Part shown: one piece after another, positions 50,049 to 63,685 of the stretch | Layout of the letters: each line of letters starts with the position of its first letter | Numbering within the stretch: the first letter of the stretch is position 1 | Assembly (NCBI GenBank): GCA_013265495.1 | Contig: MU058103.1 | Span: 622,001 to 686,000, forward strand | Direction: 5' to 3' | Length of the DNA: 64,000 nt | Source: Vicugna vicugna | Lineage: Eukaryota | Made by a program: the position numbers and the translations under genes | Notes under the pieces: model-generated | The model's database searches: none | The model's input: only the letters and a program-made list of their open reading frames with translations | Told to the model about the DNA's origin: nothing

Positions 50049-52484
50049 CTATGATGTTTATAAAACACAAGATGTTTATAGTATATACTCACCCATGATA
50101 TTGGAGATGAGATTTTGTTTAATGTCACCTAAATTCAGTTTATATACATTATGGAATTAAAACCTAAATAATAACATAAATGAGAGCTAAAGATCAAATA
50201 TGACACAAATTATAAGTGCTGGAAATGAAGGAATTGTAATCAGAGTGATATAAGAGAGCAAGAAGAAGAAAAGTTAAGAATAAAAAAACAAGAAGTGACA
50301 ATTTTTCCTATCTTCAGTTGAAGCTGGCAGTGACACAGAGAAAAAGATAATGGAGACAGCTGTAGATAAGCAAGTAGAGAAGGTATGGAAGGATGTGGGT
50401 GGAGAGTTCCACTTGTGGGTGGTTATCAATGTAGATGGGGAGGAATGTAAAGGCAGAGTGTGGATTTTCCAGTAGGACATAGAAGAAAATAAAAACAGGG
50501 AAATTAAAAAGATATCCCTGAAAAGACCCAATGATGTGAGAAGAAACAGTGAGCCCTTATTAAAAGAGGGTTGAAGGATCAGTTGAAAAATTGAAAAATC
50601 AGATGTGTAAATAAGTCAGAATTATGCAATTCTTGAAAGAGGAGAAAAGCAACATGTAAATTAGTTAAGCGGCCCTGTCTCCTCATGCTTTTGTCCTCAG
50701 TAGATGTTCATCATGGGCTTATGATCATTTTTCACCAAGAACAGCTTATGTAATTCTTAGTAACTGGAAAGTGATTTCTCTGCCCTACCATAATCATTGT
50801 TGGGGATCTGCTCAAAACCCATTTCCCCCATGTCCACCTCTTGAGAATTTGGTCCCCTCCCCATACTCTCATTGTGCTGCTTCTTACCTTAATCAGAATT
50901 ACCATTGGCCTTGTGTTATAAATATTTCATTTGTGTATGTATCACATATTATTGAGCACCCACCATGAGTTTGGCCTTGTGTTGAGTTCTGGGGGTGGAA
51001 AGTACCCTCAAGGATTTTATAATCCAATGGTAGCACACTGAGATATTGGCAAATAAACATAATAAATGATTGAATACATGATGGCCATGTATTGAGTAAA
51101 AAGGCATATGAAGGAGAGAGTGATAAAATCTACCAGAAGATGATCAAGAAAAGGCATCAGAAGGAAGGTGATATTCCTTATGTGGCTGAGAAATAGAGAT
51201 TGAACCAATGAAGCGAGTGAAATACAAAACCAGAGCAGAAGAGCCATGGTGAGCGGAGATTATGAGGTCTGCTAACTTTCTGTGTCTTTCTTTTTTAAAC
51301 ATTTTGAAGATCATTTGAGAGCTAAATATAACGCAGAGACATACACACACGTTCATGTCTCCTAGTGATTCACTCCCCTGCATTCGTCCCAACCCTAGTT
51401 CAATGTCTTTCACATAGTAGGTATCTGATTACCATTTGTTAGAAGAATGTACAAATGACAATACAGCTTTGCCAGCTGCTGCATGTTGTAAAAATAAGAA
51501 ATGAGCTTTCTTATAAGTGAACAGTAACTGCCAGATTCTCTCCTTGCTGTATGTTTGTTAAGCTCCAACAATAGCTGGGAATGCCTGCCAGCACCAGGAT
51601 ATCATATAAATCAAGGCTCAAAAGTAATATTATGGTACACCATCTTGCTTTTTGGCTTTTATTTCAGGGCTCCTGAAGTCTGGCTACAAATAGATCATTT
51701 ATATTTGCACATTTATTTTTTATTGTTTTCATAATGAAAACTAGATCCCTACCATTGCTATATATGTACTCAGTTTTTATATGCAAGACTATGTGGAAGA
51801 CGAGTGGCTCCAAGTTATAATGCAAATTGCTTACTGCACTGAAAAGGCATTGCTTTCCCCCATGTAAATGTTTTATTTGCATTTTAAGACTCTCATAAAA
51901 CTCTATTAACCATCATTCTTTTATTTTAGTAATTTTCTCCTCTTGAAATTTTGGGGGGACAAAGTAGAAACACTTATTACTTTAGTATTATTAATATTTA
52001 TAGTAACTTTTATGGGAAACCATCTGAAAACAACATTGTTGCAAGAGTAAAATGGGGGGGTGGGGAGCTGGGAAAATTCAGAATCCCACTCCTCTAATAA
52101 ACCAACTGTTTTCATTTTCAATGGTTATTTTTAGACTTCAAATGCATTCATTGGTAAAGAACAACTGTGGAATTAATTTTATGTGCACATAACAGCCAGT
52201 TTTATCTTTTCTATAATAAAACTATCTTCTAGGGGCTGAGAGAGTCAGGCTCAGATGGTTGCTAAGGTTCATCTGCTGAGAACTGCCTCCCTTCCAGGCC
52301 TCAGGCTGCTCTCAGGCCTGGTCTGTAGGACATATTGGGAATGATTGCCTTAGCCAACCACCTTGTGTACCTCAGCAGTATGGTACCTTCTGAGGGCAGC
52401 CATATAGAAACAAAGGTTATCAGAGATGAAGAGAGAAGGGTGACTATTTCAAGGGACAGTCCCAGTTAAAAGAGAAGGTACTGC

Positions 52485-52688
52485 AGACTCACTAGCTGGA
52501 TTGACTCTAGACCCCACCACCCACGTGTTGTGAGGTTTGGGCAAGTTCCTCAACTTTGCTGATCCCTGCTTCTTTCTGTCTGTAAAATACATACAATAAT
52601 AGCACTGATGTATAGTGTTGAAGAGCTGTAGATGATGTAACATGTGTAAAGTGATAAGCATGTGATGAACACTTAATAAATGGTAGCT
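52485..52688 (+). mobile_element. MIR
   Basis: 'ttgggcaagttcctcaac...tctgtaaaat...aataatagcac...acatgtgtaaagtg...acttaataaatggtagct'. Confidence 0.8.
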
Positions 52689-54321
52689 CAGGTTTTTCCT
52701 AAATCGAAACCATATTCACCCTCTCTCACCTACTATTGTCCTCATTTATATGTGAAGAGGGATATTGGCCAGGTATGGAAGGTTACACAGACATTCAAAA
52801 TAGGAAATCTAGGGGAGCTGGCCATTTAATAGATCCTCAGGTAAGAATGGATTCCTTCTGGTTTGAACCCTGTTTCCACATAGCCATAAATAATTCCATT
52901 TGGTCTGAGCTATGCTGAAGTCCATTTGAACCTATTTCTATATAAAAATTATATGAAATTCTTTCTTCATAGTATCAGGAAAGTAAGCACAGCTTAGCAG
53001 AATCAGTGCTTCGTTCGAGTCTTAACCTTCCATCTCACTAGCTCTGTAACTAAAATGCTGTTTTCCCTTTCTGAACCTTATTTCAGTAAAATAATATGAT
53101 ATCTTAGATAATCTATCATGTTCCTGGAAGCTCTAACTTTTCATGTGAATTAACCCATACCAATAAATCCAGGAGTCAAAAGAAACCACATGTAAATGCT
53201 GCTGTGTTTCTTTGGGTTTTAGTATACCGTTACCATTTCCTGGGGAAGTAGTAAGATTTTGATGAATAACAGTATTTTCTGATTCTGAAATTTCAATTCA
53301 TTCAGTAAGAATTTAATAAATGTCCTCTAGAAATCAAACTGTGTATTGGATTCTGGGAATATAGACATAAGGTTAAGACTCCTGGCCTTTAGAATATGGG
53401 CATCCTAATAGGAAATGTACCTTTGTAAGTAAAAAGTTACAGTATGGTATGATGAAAGCTATGTGCAATGTGTACAAAAAGAGTCATCAATACACAGAAG
53501 TAAAGTTTCAAATGGAATGGTGAAACAGAAAAATAATGGGCTTTGAAATCAGACAATCTTTCTGCTCAGCCATTTACAAAGTGTGTGACAGGGCAGTTTG
53601 TTTAATTTCTTGAAGTCTCAGTTGGTCTGAAATATGGCGATGATATCACTTGTTTTAAAGTGCTGTTTTGACTTAATATCTAACCTGTGCATCTACTCTT
53701 AGCCCAGTGTTCAGCAGACATTCACTGTAAGTGTTCTTTCTCTTAGTTTCCTGCTTCTCAGAAAAGTGGGCTTCTGATCTGGGCCTTTGAAGAAAGAGTA
53801 GGAGTTTGCTTTGGAGATGCAGTGAAATGAGTGTGTGTGGAGAAGGTGGCATGTATATTGAATGATACATTTGAAGACGTATTTTTCACCTGAGATAGTG
53901 GTTTCCTATTACTGGGGGAGAACATTCATAGAAAGAATATGGTAAACAAGTTTGTAAAGAGAATTTGTTCTCAGATAGACAGGGGTTTTGGCTATCATAT
54001 GTTCTTACAGGCAGGCATTGAAAGATGATTAGTATGCCTCTTAAATACATATTTCTGAGAATATTTTGGTATTAATGTGGTATCTGGATTAGAGGCTGGG
54101 ATAGGGGGAGGGTCATGGAAATTGCTTCTAAGTATTTCAGTATTGTGGCAAGAAATAAATATAAAAATAATATGAATAAAGAAAGATAGACATTAGTAAG
54201 TTAATATCTTCAGAAGGATTGAGTTTGGGTTGTGAAGATAGGGCTTGAGTTCAGAAGCCTATTGTAGGAATTTGCAGAAGTTCGGAGATAATATATTTTT
54301 TTAATGATTAAGGCTTTGTTT

Positions 54322-54548
54322 ATTTTTTTTATTAATGTATAGTCAGTTTACAATGTTGTGTCAATTTCTGGTGTACAGCATAATAGTTCAGTCATACATA
54401 TACATGCGTATATTCCTTTTCATATTCTTTTTCATTATAGGTTACCACAAGATACTGAATATAGTTCCCTGTGACATATAGAAGAAACTTGTTGTTTATC
54501 TATTATATACATAGCAGTTGGTATCTGCAAATCTAGAACTCCCAATTT
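54322..54548 (-). mobile_element. Short L1 3'-terminal insertion
   Basis: Highly similar to 33538-33750 ('gtatagtcagtttacaatg...gtcaatttctggtgtacagcataatagttcagtcatacatatacat'). Confidence 0.9.
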
Positions 54549-54999
54549 AGGGGGTATACTTTTAATGCAGCAAAAATGTACAGACCAATGCTTTATTTAC
54601 ATTTTAAAATAGGGTTTGGGGTAAGAGAAAGGAATCAAACAGTATGTTTAAAAGTAGAAGACTTTGTTGAGTAAATAAGAGGCAAAGATAATCAAATTAG
54701 CATTTTTAAAGATGAACTATTGCTCAATCATTTACAAATGAACTTTTACATTTCAAAATTAAGCACTGCAAGTGTGAAAACCCCATCTTCATGAAAGTTC
54801 TCTGTCCTTGTGTTCATTCACAACCCTAATTGTTATTCTCTCCCTCGTCTTATAGTAATGTTTGATATTTATATTGGTTTTCCCTTTGCTATTGATGTCA
54901 TTGCAATCTAATATGATAACTTTATATACTAATTCCAGTCTATCAACTTCTGACAGGCTCTCTTAGCATTATTTTTCTCTTCCACTTTCTGAGATTCAT

Positions 55000-55370
55000 C
55001 TTCTGACAACTCCATTTTCATTTTGCATGATCCAAATTCTTAGTATTTTCTTCTACCACCACATTCAGATCTTTGTGACTTTGTGCACAGCTTGAATCTA
55101 AAAGCTGAAAACCAGTTAAGAGTATTTACAGTAGCATGACTGATTGTGTACTGTTCAGTGTTGGACCAAAAGTGAATTTCCTTGTCTCTGAATCCAATGT
55201 CAAAAACACCCTGGGCCACTTAAATGAAAAAATTCCTAGTAGCAAATTCAAATTAAATTTTTTTCTTATACTCTGTCATTTTCCTAGAATCCATCAATAT
55301 TTTCAGTTGCTTCATGTTTAGGCCATTATATTCTTGCAGTTATTGTATTTTTCCAGGGTTTCTAACTGGT
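55000..55370 (+). mobile_element. L2 remnant
   Basis: 'aaattcaaattaaa...ttttcagttgcttcatgtttaggccattatattcttgc...ttattgt...tctaactgg' is L2-like. Confidence 0.45.
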
Positions 55371-55689
55371 TTTCTTTTCTTTTTTTTTTTCTTTCTTGCA
55401 TCATGTATTTTTTCAGAATTCTAATTTCCTGGAACATCTCAATGGTATGTTCTACTCTTGCCAAGTGACCCACCCTTCCTTCCTTCATACCTGTCCTTCT
55501 TTTCCCATGTGTTTTCTCTATTGGAATCTTTATACACCTGTATCAATCTGGACTAGGGATTTGCCCAATTGCTACCCAGTCTTAATCCCAGGATTTCCCT
55601 TCACTGATCAACTAGGCTCAATTTGCTGTTTCCCACATTCCATGTTTTATTTACTATTTATGTTTCATTATAGTTAATGGAGTAGATCC

Positions 55690-56560
55690 TAAAATGGCTT
55701 TTCAAGAGAGAGTATGTGGAACATCAGTGTTCTAAATAATTTTATGTTTAAAAGTACCTTGATTTCTCAAATTACTGTACGGATATTTTAACCTTGCTTC
55801 AAACATTAGTTGAAAATTATTTTCCCTAAAAATGTTAACGGCACTGGCCCTCATTGTTTTCTGACATCTCATGTTGCTAATTAAAAGCTGATGGGTGTCC
55901 ATTCAATGTCGCTTCCTTTCTTCTCTCTGAAAGTGTTCAGTATCTGTATTTTGAAACTCACAAGGATGCAGTTAGGTTTGGGTTTTTTTCCCCCATTGTT
56001 TGTATTATCCATGCACAGGATAGTTAGGGGTCCTTTCTGTCTGATAAGTTATATCTTTCTGCAGCCACAACAAAATACTTGGCTTTTACTTGTTTGGTGA
56101 TTTTTCCTCTAATTTTATTATTACTTCTTACTGGGAATCCTACTGGTAGCATTTTGGATCTTTGGTTTGAGCCACATTATCTCTTATCTTTCCTCTTTTT
56201 TTGCCTCTATGTTTATTGCTATTATTATATATTCTGAGATATTTCTTCATCTTTATATTGTATAGCTTCTACTCATATATATTTTTAAATGCCTGCAATC
56301 ATATCTTTAATCTCTAAGAGTGAGTGCATGCACTTTACTTTTTCTCTCCGTCACAGCAATCCTCACTGTAATGGTGAAGTATCTTCTCAAATCCCTCTGG
56401 TTATATTAATTAGAGGGCCCTTTTAAGTTCTTTTAGGTTTTTTGAATTATCTCTTTTTTTCATTGGGTAAATATTTCTGTTTTCGATTTTTTTGGTCATT
56501 TTCTATGGTACTAAATCTCATAAACATAGTGATTTGTGGTACTCTATCCACATTAAATTG
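55690..56560 (-). mobile_element. Ancient L1/HAL1 ORF1-region remnant
   Basis: T-rich; 'ttagttgaaaattattttccctaaaaatgttaacggcactg...cattgttttctgacatctcatgttgct' resembles antisense old L1/HAL1 ORF1. Confidence 0.5.
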
Positions 56561-59160
56561 GGTGGGTTTCCATTACCATTAGATGGTCAAGGATGTTTTC
56601 CAGCTACATTGATCTTTTAAGACTTAGTTTCTGTTAAATTTCCAAAGACACGGTTTTAAAAGGAACAGTTCATTTTTCAGAGAGGTAGTAGTTTAGTCAA
56701 CTAGAAATTCTGAAAGAAAGAAAGATTTGCAGTTAAGATTATTCCTGGTTTTCCAGCTTTAGAACTCAATCTTTTTAAAAAGTATTGCCACATCCCACAT
56801 ACTTGGAAGTATTCTGTAGGCTTGGAGCTCTGCTGTCTGATCTAGAGAAGGTATATTAAATAGGAGATAATAGGTGAAAACATTAAACAAGTACAACATG
56901 ACGATTCTAATTTTATAAACCACACACATCTACACTGTTTCTAGGAAGCAACTGGAGTCAATAGTCTCATTTTAAAAATTACATCAGAACAAGTTGGGAT
57001 AACAGTGTGGCTCTCTTTTGCATGCATGATAGCCTATTGATGTTGCTTTTATTGCCCTCACACTTCTATGTGTGATGGAACTATTTCTATCTCCTTTTCC
57101 TGTTAGTATCTTGATCCACTACATTGTGTTTATTCTTGAATGACTCATGTTTATCAGACTTCAGGGTAAGTGGCAGATACTCAGTGTTTGTTGATTAAAT
57201 GACTAAATGAATAAGCCAATGAATGAATGAAGACTCTTGAGTTTCCCACTTACTTGTTCCTTTACCTTGGTCAAGGCATTTCATTTCTCTATCAGCTTCC
57301 TCATTGTAACATAAGGATATGTAATATAAGGATAATGTATATCCACTTTTATTTCTTTTCAGAGGTTTCATAAAAGCCCAAATACTATAAGATCTCCTAG
57401 TGCATTATAAAAACCTGTGCTATATATACATTTATTATTCATCATTTTCACCATTCTAAATCAAGCAAGGACGCTTTTCTATTTATTCAAATCTACCTAT
57501 TTGATAATACTTTCCAAGTTTACCTGAGTGATGCAGGTGTTTTTATTTTCTAACTTCTAATCACTTATTATGCAGAAAATGCTTATTAGGATTTCTAAAG
57601 GAAGATAAAAGTTTACTGGAATAAAATAATGGCCTTAGGTCTTCACCGACTCTCTAGATGACTATAGTAAATGCTACATTGAGAAGATGTTACAAAGAGT
57701 AAGGAGGATTAACACAAAAAGTAAAAATTTGAATAGTTTTTTATACTTTTTAAAACACTTTCACAGAAATTTAGGCATTTACTTGTTATTATTGCTTTAT
57801 GATATAGTTAAGAGAGTCCAATGTGAGTAATGAGGAAGTTCAAAATATGGAAGGGTAAGTAAATTGTCCAAGGTCAAAGTAAATCAATAACAGAAGTGAT
57901 AACAGAGCTTATCTACAATGCCCTAATTTAGTATCACTTTCTTACATAAAATTAATGTATACATCCAAATTCTAACTTGATCACCACATTTACAATAATT
58001 AAATTTCATCTTTTTTTTTTAATAATGAGTGAGGCATGGTGTAGAGAAAATCAAATGCACTTGGCTTCTTTCATCTCATCCACCAGCTGTTCTTAGTTCT
58101 AATTTATAAAACTGTTAACTGGACCCCCAAATAATGAGGCTTTAATGACAGAACAGAATCGCAAATTCTTTTTCCTTAGCCAATTTTTCCTTGGCCAATG
58201 AACTAATTATTGAAGAGAACTTTGTTGTATTTTCCCCAGTTCACTTTTAGACAATAATCAAAGAAACAGGAAGAAACATGATAGTGTCTAGGGGCAATTA
58301 TTGTAACTATTTCTCTTGCAGTTTAAAAGACATTTTAAAAAAAAAGGTGAAATGGTGGGAAATGGGTGTTGCTTTCCATGGATAGAGCATTGCCTGACTC
58401 ATATGACCAAAGAGCAAAGCCATTTATCGGATTCATTGTCTCCAGCAAGATCAATAAAGAAAATAAATGCTTACAGACCAGATGGAATTGTTAGAGAGGT
58501 GGACCTAAATTAGGGAAACCATTGGCCATATGTGAATCCCAAGCTATATGCATAAGCCTGATCTGATTAGCTGTTTTGAAAATTGTCTTCGCCATGAAAT
58601 TTAGAGCATACAAGAAGAAGGATGGCTTTCAGAGGGTACTGAGAGCTTAGCTCTAAGAGTGGAGACTTGAGAGTTGTATTAGACCACCCACTCAACCAGC
58701 TCTCTCCTTTTATTTAAAGAGTAATAATTACCTTTGTTGAAGGATGTTCTAGGAACTGCTGGATGCCTTGCATGTATTATATCAAATCCTGCCCACAATC
58801 TCAGAAAATGAGATGAAGCTCTGAGTCCTATGAGTAATAAGGATGATGTTGATCCTGAAAATACTTATGTATTGAAAATATTAAGTAGTGACCATAATGT
58901 TTTAACCCTCAGAACAGTTTATTGCTCCAGGTGCCATTCTGTTTTATTCCTTGCAGAGAAGGACATTGAAACCAAAGAATTTAAGTAACTAGCCCAAGGG
59001 TATACTTGCCAAGGAAACAGAATTTGAACCCCAGTGATGTAGTTCTAGAGCCGGTATCACTGATCACAATGCTAGGCTCGCAAGAACTAAGGAATATGGA
59101 TTGTCTTAGCACGTGGTAGAAATTTGATAATAACTTGTATAGATAAACAAAGAAAGAGAT

Positions 59161-59568
59161 GGAGGGAGGGAGAAAGAGAGAGAGGGAAAGGAAGGAAGAA
59201 AGAAAGAAAGAGAAAGGAAGGAAGGAAGGAAGAAAGAGAAAGGAAGGAAGGAAGAAAGAAAAGAAAGAAGAAAGAAGAAAGAAAGAAAGAAGGAAAGAAG
59301 GAAAGAAAGAAAGAAAGAGAAAGGAAGAAAGGAAGGAAGAAAGAGAAAGGAAGGAAGGAAGAAAGAGAAAGGAAGGAAGGAAGAAAGAGAAAGGAAGGAA
59401 GGAAGAAAGAGAAAGGAAGGAAGGAAGAAAGAGAAAGGAAGGAAGGAAGAAAGAGAAAGGAAGGAAGGAAGAAAGAGAAAGGAAGGAAGGAAGAAAGAGA
59501 AAGGAAGGAAGGAAGGAAGAAAGAAAGAAAGAAAGAAAGAAAAGAAAAGAAAAGAAAAGAGAGAAAAA
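59161..59568. repeat. Compound (GGAA/GAAA) purine repeat with a 22-bp higher-order unit
   Basis: 408 nt without a pyrimidine on the + strand; AAGAGAAAGGAAGGAAGGAAGA repeated 7 times exactly at 59341-59494. Confidence 0.95.
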
Positions 59569-59897
59569 CTTGCCAGAGGTCACTGTGTCTCTCTGACTAC
59601 AAGCTGAAGTCAGATTTTCCTCAGCAAATAAAGCGCAAAGCCAAATCTAAGTCTGGCCTTACTGGTCAGCCTGTGAGCATTCTGAAGGGTGGTATTAAAG
59701 ATGGTCTCTAGAGCACTCAGGATGAAAGGGAGCTGGGAAGGAAAGGATCCAGTGAAGTCCTTCTCAGGGGGCTACCATACAGGTATGACTGGGTGAGCCC
59801 TGGAAGGCAAGTTACATCTTTACAGCTGGAAAACATACTTGCCAACTCCTCTCTGCATTTGTTTCTTTGTTACCCCGAAACTTTTGGTAGAGCAAAT

Positions 59898-60870
59898 ATT
59901 TTACATTTTAATTGGAAGTAACTTCAAATTTATAGAAAAGTTTAAAGAATAAAAATAATAGAAAGAACACCCAATACACTTTACCTAGAGTAACCTATTG
60001 TTAACATTTTATTATGTTTGCTTTATTGTTTGTGTTCTCTCACACACACATTTTTCTATTTGTCTATCTACACATGCATCCATCTATCTACCTAACTACC
60101 TATCCATTGGTTTGTCTATATCTTTTTGTTTAGTTTTGCTTTCTCATTTGTGAGTAAATTGCATCCAGCCAGGCCCTCTCCTTCAAAATTCTTCAGTGTG
60201 TATTTCCTAAGAGCTGGGATATTCTCTTATGTAACTCAAAACAGTTGTCAATCACATTAAATGTGACACAACACTTTTATCTCATCTATCATCTATATTC
60301 CAATGTTGTCAATTGACCCAATAATGTCCTTTATGACTTCTTCCCCCTCTTATACAGGGTCAAGTCCAGGACTAGTATTGTATTTAATTTATCATGGCTC
60401 TTCAGTCTTCTTTAATCTAGAACACTTACAGCATTTTTTTTCTTGGTCTTTTTTTTATGTCTTTTTTTTTAAAAAGAAATAGCATATTTCTCACTTAAAA
60501 GTGGAACATTCTTCATTTGTTTGTTTGCTTCTGATGTTTCCGCATGACTGGATTCAGGTTACACATCCCCAGCTGGAATACCACATAGGTGATTTTGTGA
60601 ACTTCTGAGGGTATCTCACCTGGAGGTACATTCATCTGCTAAACTGATCAGTTCATCAACATGCTGCTTAATTCTCCATGGTATAGTTCCTATTTTTCCC
60701 CTTTGCCACCAGTAAGCAGTAATTAGGAAAATACTTTAAGACCGTGTTGTAAATAGCCTGCTCCTAATCCAAATTGTTCTCTAATAAATTTAACATCAAT
60801 TAATGATTCGTTCTATGCCTGGGTTAGTGGTTACTGTAGTTGTTATAAAGTAATGAATTTCACACTCCAG
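59898..60870 (-). mobile_element. L1MC (L1MC4-like) 3' end
   Basis: 'ttttaattggaagtaacttcaaatttatagaaaagtt...ctttacctaga...cctattgttaacatttt...ttcagtgtgtatttcctaag...ggatattctctta'. Confidence 0.75.
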
Positions 60871-60920
60871 CCATGAAGCCTGAGATCTAGTTTGTGTTAC
60901 ATGCCATATACAGGGCCTCC

Positions 60921-61270
60921 TGTGTTAGGTCCCCCAAGAAGCAGATGCTGCAGCAGGATTAAGTATGCAAAGACTGTACTAGGGGAAACGATTGTGTAAT
61001 TGGAGAAGGGGAGAAATTTGGAAGAAGCTGGGAGTACCATCAACTGAGATGCAAATCTGAGATTGAATGAAGGAGAAGAGAGGTGAAGGTTGGCCTGAAA
61101 GCATCTCAGATTATAATACAGACTAAAAGGAGGATCAGCTAAGCCATTGGACGGTCCTTGAGCCGAAGGTGGTTATCAGATGGGACCTGTGTTTCCTGGA
61201 ATAGATCTGCCTTCTAGTACTCCTGCTGTACTCAGCCATCGACTGGGAACAGCATGAGGACAAGAGCAGT
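60921..61270 (-). mobile_element. LTR16-like ERVL LTR
   Basis: 'ggtcccccaagaagcagatgctg...ggattaagtatgcaa...ccttgagccgaag...ctcagccatcgactgggaacagc'. Confidence 0.65.
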
Positions 61271-61929
61271 GACATGCCCTGTCATAGGGTCTTCTGGGCA
61301 CACTTAACTTCTGCCTTACCGGCACTTGATGTTTCTGAACATCACATGACCACTACCAAGCAAGTCTAAACACACTGCCCTTTTCTCCTCATGGATACAT
61401 TTGAGATAAACAGCATGTCGATGAAAGCACTTTGTAAAAATCAAAACTCTTTACCAGTCTAACAGGATTTTTGTTACTATTACTGTTATCAAAAGTATCA
61501 CTCGGGTGATATAAGGGACTGAGAATAAGGCAATCTCCAAGGCGTTATATCTACATTGGCGTGTGTTTACACGTAAGGGTACCAGGAAGACTTTTTATTG
61601 AACTTATCTCTGATTCCTTGTTGCCTCTCTCTTTCAACGTAGTTTCCCCTAGTATATAGGTCCCCCCTTGAGGAAGAAGATACTCCTTTAGAGAGCAAGA
61701 ATGAAAGAGTAGAAATAATTAAGCTTAAGAGGGGCCTACAGGTAAAGACTACTATGTCTTATAACTATCTTATTATCTAATTTAAAACATTTCAAAGCAA
61801 ACTAGTAAAAACCTTTAGGTGTTGCACATAGAACTAGTTTTGTTTTAATTGAGGTTGAAAAACGTGTTAGAATACTGTGTTCTTTGAAGTGTTGTGGTAA
61901 AATGAGGAAAATCACAGTCTGTTGCTGAG

Positions 61930-62105
61930 AACTCACAGATTGTGGAGAGTTTAACCTGCTTAAACCTCCATTTTCTCATATCTAAAATGAAAATAGTAAG
62001 ATGTTCACTCTACAATTGATGTCAGCGAAAGATACAACAGGTGTAAGGTGTCCAATTTAGTCCCTGGCAAACAATAGATACAATAAATGGTGGTCATTGT
62101 TATTC
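61930..62105 (+). mobile_element. MIR fragment
   Basis: 'tttaacctgcttaaacctccattttctcatatctaaaatgaaaatagtaa...cctggcaaacaatag...caataaatgg'. Confidence 0.6.
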
Positions 62106-63642
62106 AGTCAAGAAGTGTCTATTAAGCCCCTATAATGTATTAGTTGCTGTGCTGGATACTGACACACAGCAGATACTGAGTAATTGTGAATATAGGGTGT
62201 TATTTTTATCATGCAGTCTTTTTAAGATATGCAGTACTTCTCTACCAAGATACTCTTTGGAAAGAAAAGTTATTCCCCCTAGAAGCACTCCTGGGTTCTT
62301 CCTGAAAGGTGATAGATACTGCCTATGAAAATCTCCACAGTAGCATCTGTGTCACAAAATCTTTAAAGTTAGAATTATAATATAAGATTAGCATTTACTT
62401 CCAATGAATTGAGTGAATTCTCCAAACTAGAGAGTTCTCGTCTTCCCATGGGGGTGCCAGTTTCACTTCCTTGTTGATGAAGAGAGTCTGTGAAAAGAGT
62501 CCAAGATCCTGTGTAGTTGAACCAAGTGGAGCCTGCATGATCAGAGATTGGAGCACACAGGAACACACCCATGAAGTTTTTCCAAAGCAGTTGTTTGAAG
62601 TGGTCCAAAAAAAAAATCCACAAGCTGCAACTTTGATCAAAGGAAAATAAGGGATAATCCCCAAGTCAAACTGAATTCTCTGTGGGTATTTGTGGCAATT
62701 TGATTGGAAATTGTATATGATCAAATCCCCATGGAGTGTGTTTGAGGTTTGAAAAGACATGAATAATTGAGGAAAATGGAAATTTGTGAAGTCCAAAGAT
62801 ATTTATTGACTGGACTTATTTCATTTTTCCCAAGCCAGGGAGATAAAAAAGTTTTCTGTTTTTCTTTAAATACTTGATCCACTCCAAAGAGGACAGCTGG
62901 ATAATCCCCTGTCAGGAAGAATTACTGACTCACCACAGATGCGTAGACGAGGGACCCTAGCGTGGTTCCGACTGCTGGCTTTGTGAATCTGGCCATCACT
63001 GTCCATTTGCAAAATATGCCAATTGGTCTTTTGTATTAATTGATTCCCCATGTTCCATCTTCCCTGATCCACATCTGTTTTAATGAAGGGACTGAGTAAG
63101 GACTAACTAAAACTTGTGCCATATAGCACTAAATGGCAACTGAGGGTTTTTAAGTCCAGTCAATTGACTATATTTTGAGCCATTCTTTTCAAGCGTATGT
63201 TTGCAATTAGCTAAACAGAGCCAAATATGACCATGGGTTACTGTGGGAGTGGCAACTCTATGCATAGAAGCATTGCAGAGCAATGAAATAAAGGTGCCAA
63301 ACAGAAAGAGAAGTGAGAACTAAACTATAGTGGCTTCACCTTTGAAACTGGGAAAATGATACCTAATTTCAGATTTATTTGAGGGCTTATTAAGGTGACT
63401 TATAAAATGCCTAGTATTCTCGATCTTCATCACATGATAACTATTATAACTTATTATTATAATTGTTGTTATGCTGTTATTATTAGTAATAATATTAGTC
63501 AGAACAGAACATCATCATCATCATCACTTGATATATCTTCTTTGTATATCTGATAGCTGACTTAGTTCAGTTAGTTTGCCTTAATATTACATAAGTGTTT
63601 AACTAAACCATGATGTAAACAGTCCCAGTTTATTAGTAGGAA

Positions 63643-63685
63643 ATATATATATATATCTGTATATATGTGTGTGTGTGTGTATATG
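63643..63685. repeat. (TA)n(TG)n compound microsatellite
   Basis: Directly visible. Confidence 0.9.

Noticed and set aside
52070..52120. Second IRF/kB-like pair (GGGAAAATTC; GAAAATGAAA on minus)
   Set aside because: Weak AT-rich matches that are common at random
59341..59494. 22-bp repeats as a CRISPR-like array
   Set aside because: Head-to-tail low-complexity units without spacers, in mammalian DNA
58981..59711. ORFs of 145-200 aa (K/E/R-rich and F/L/S-rich)
   Set aside because: Translation artefacts of the stop-free purine repeat
62375..63072. Cluster of minus-strand ORFs (82, 133 and 68 aa) as a possible retrogene
   Set aside because: No recognisable protein similarity, poly(A) tail or TSD
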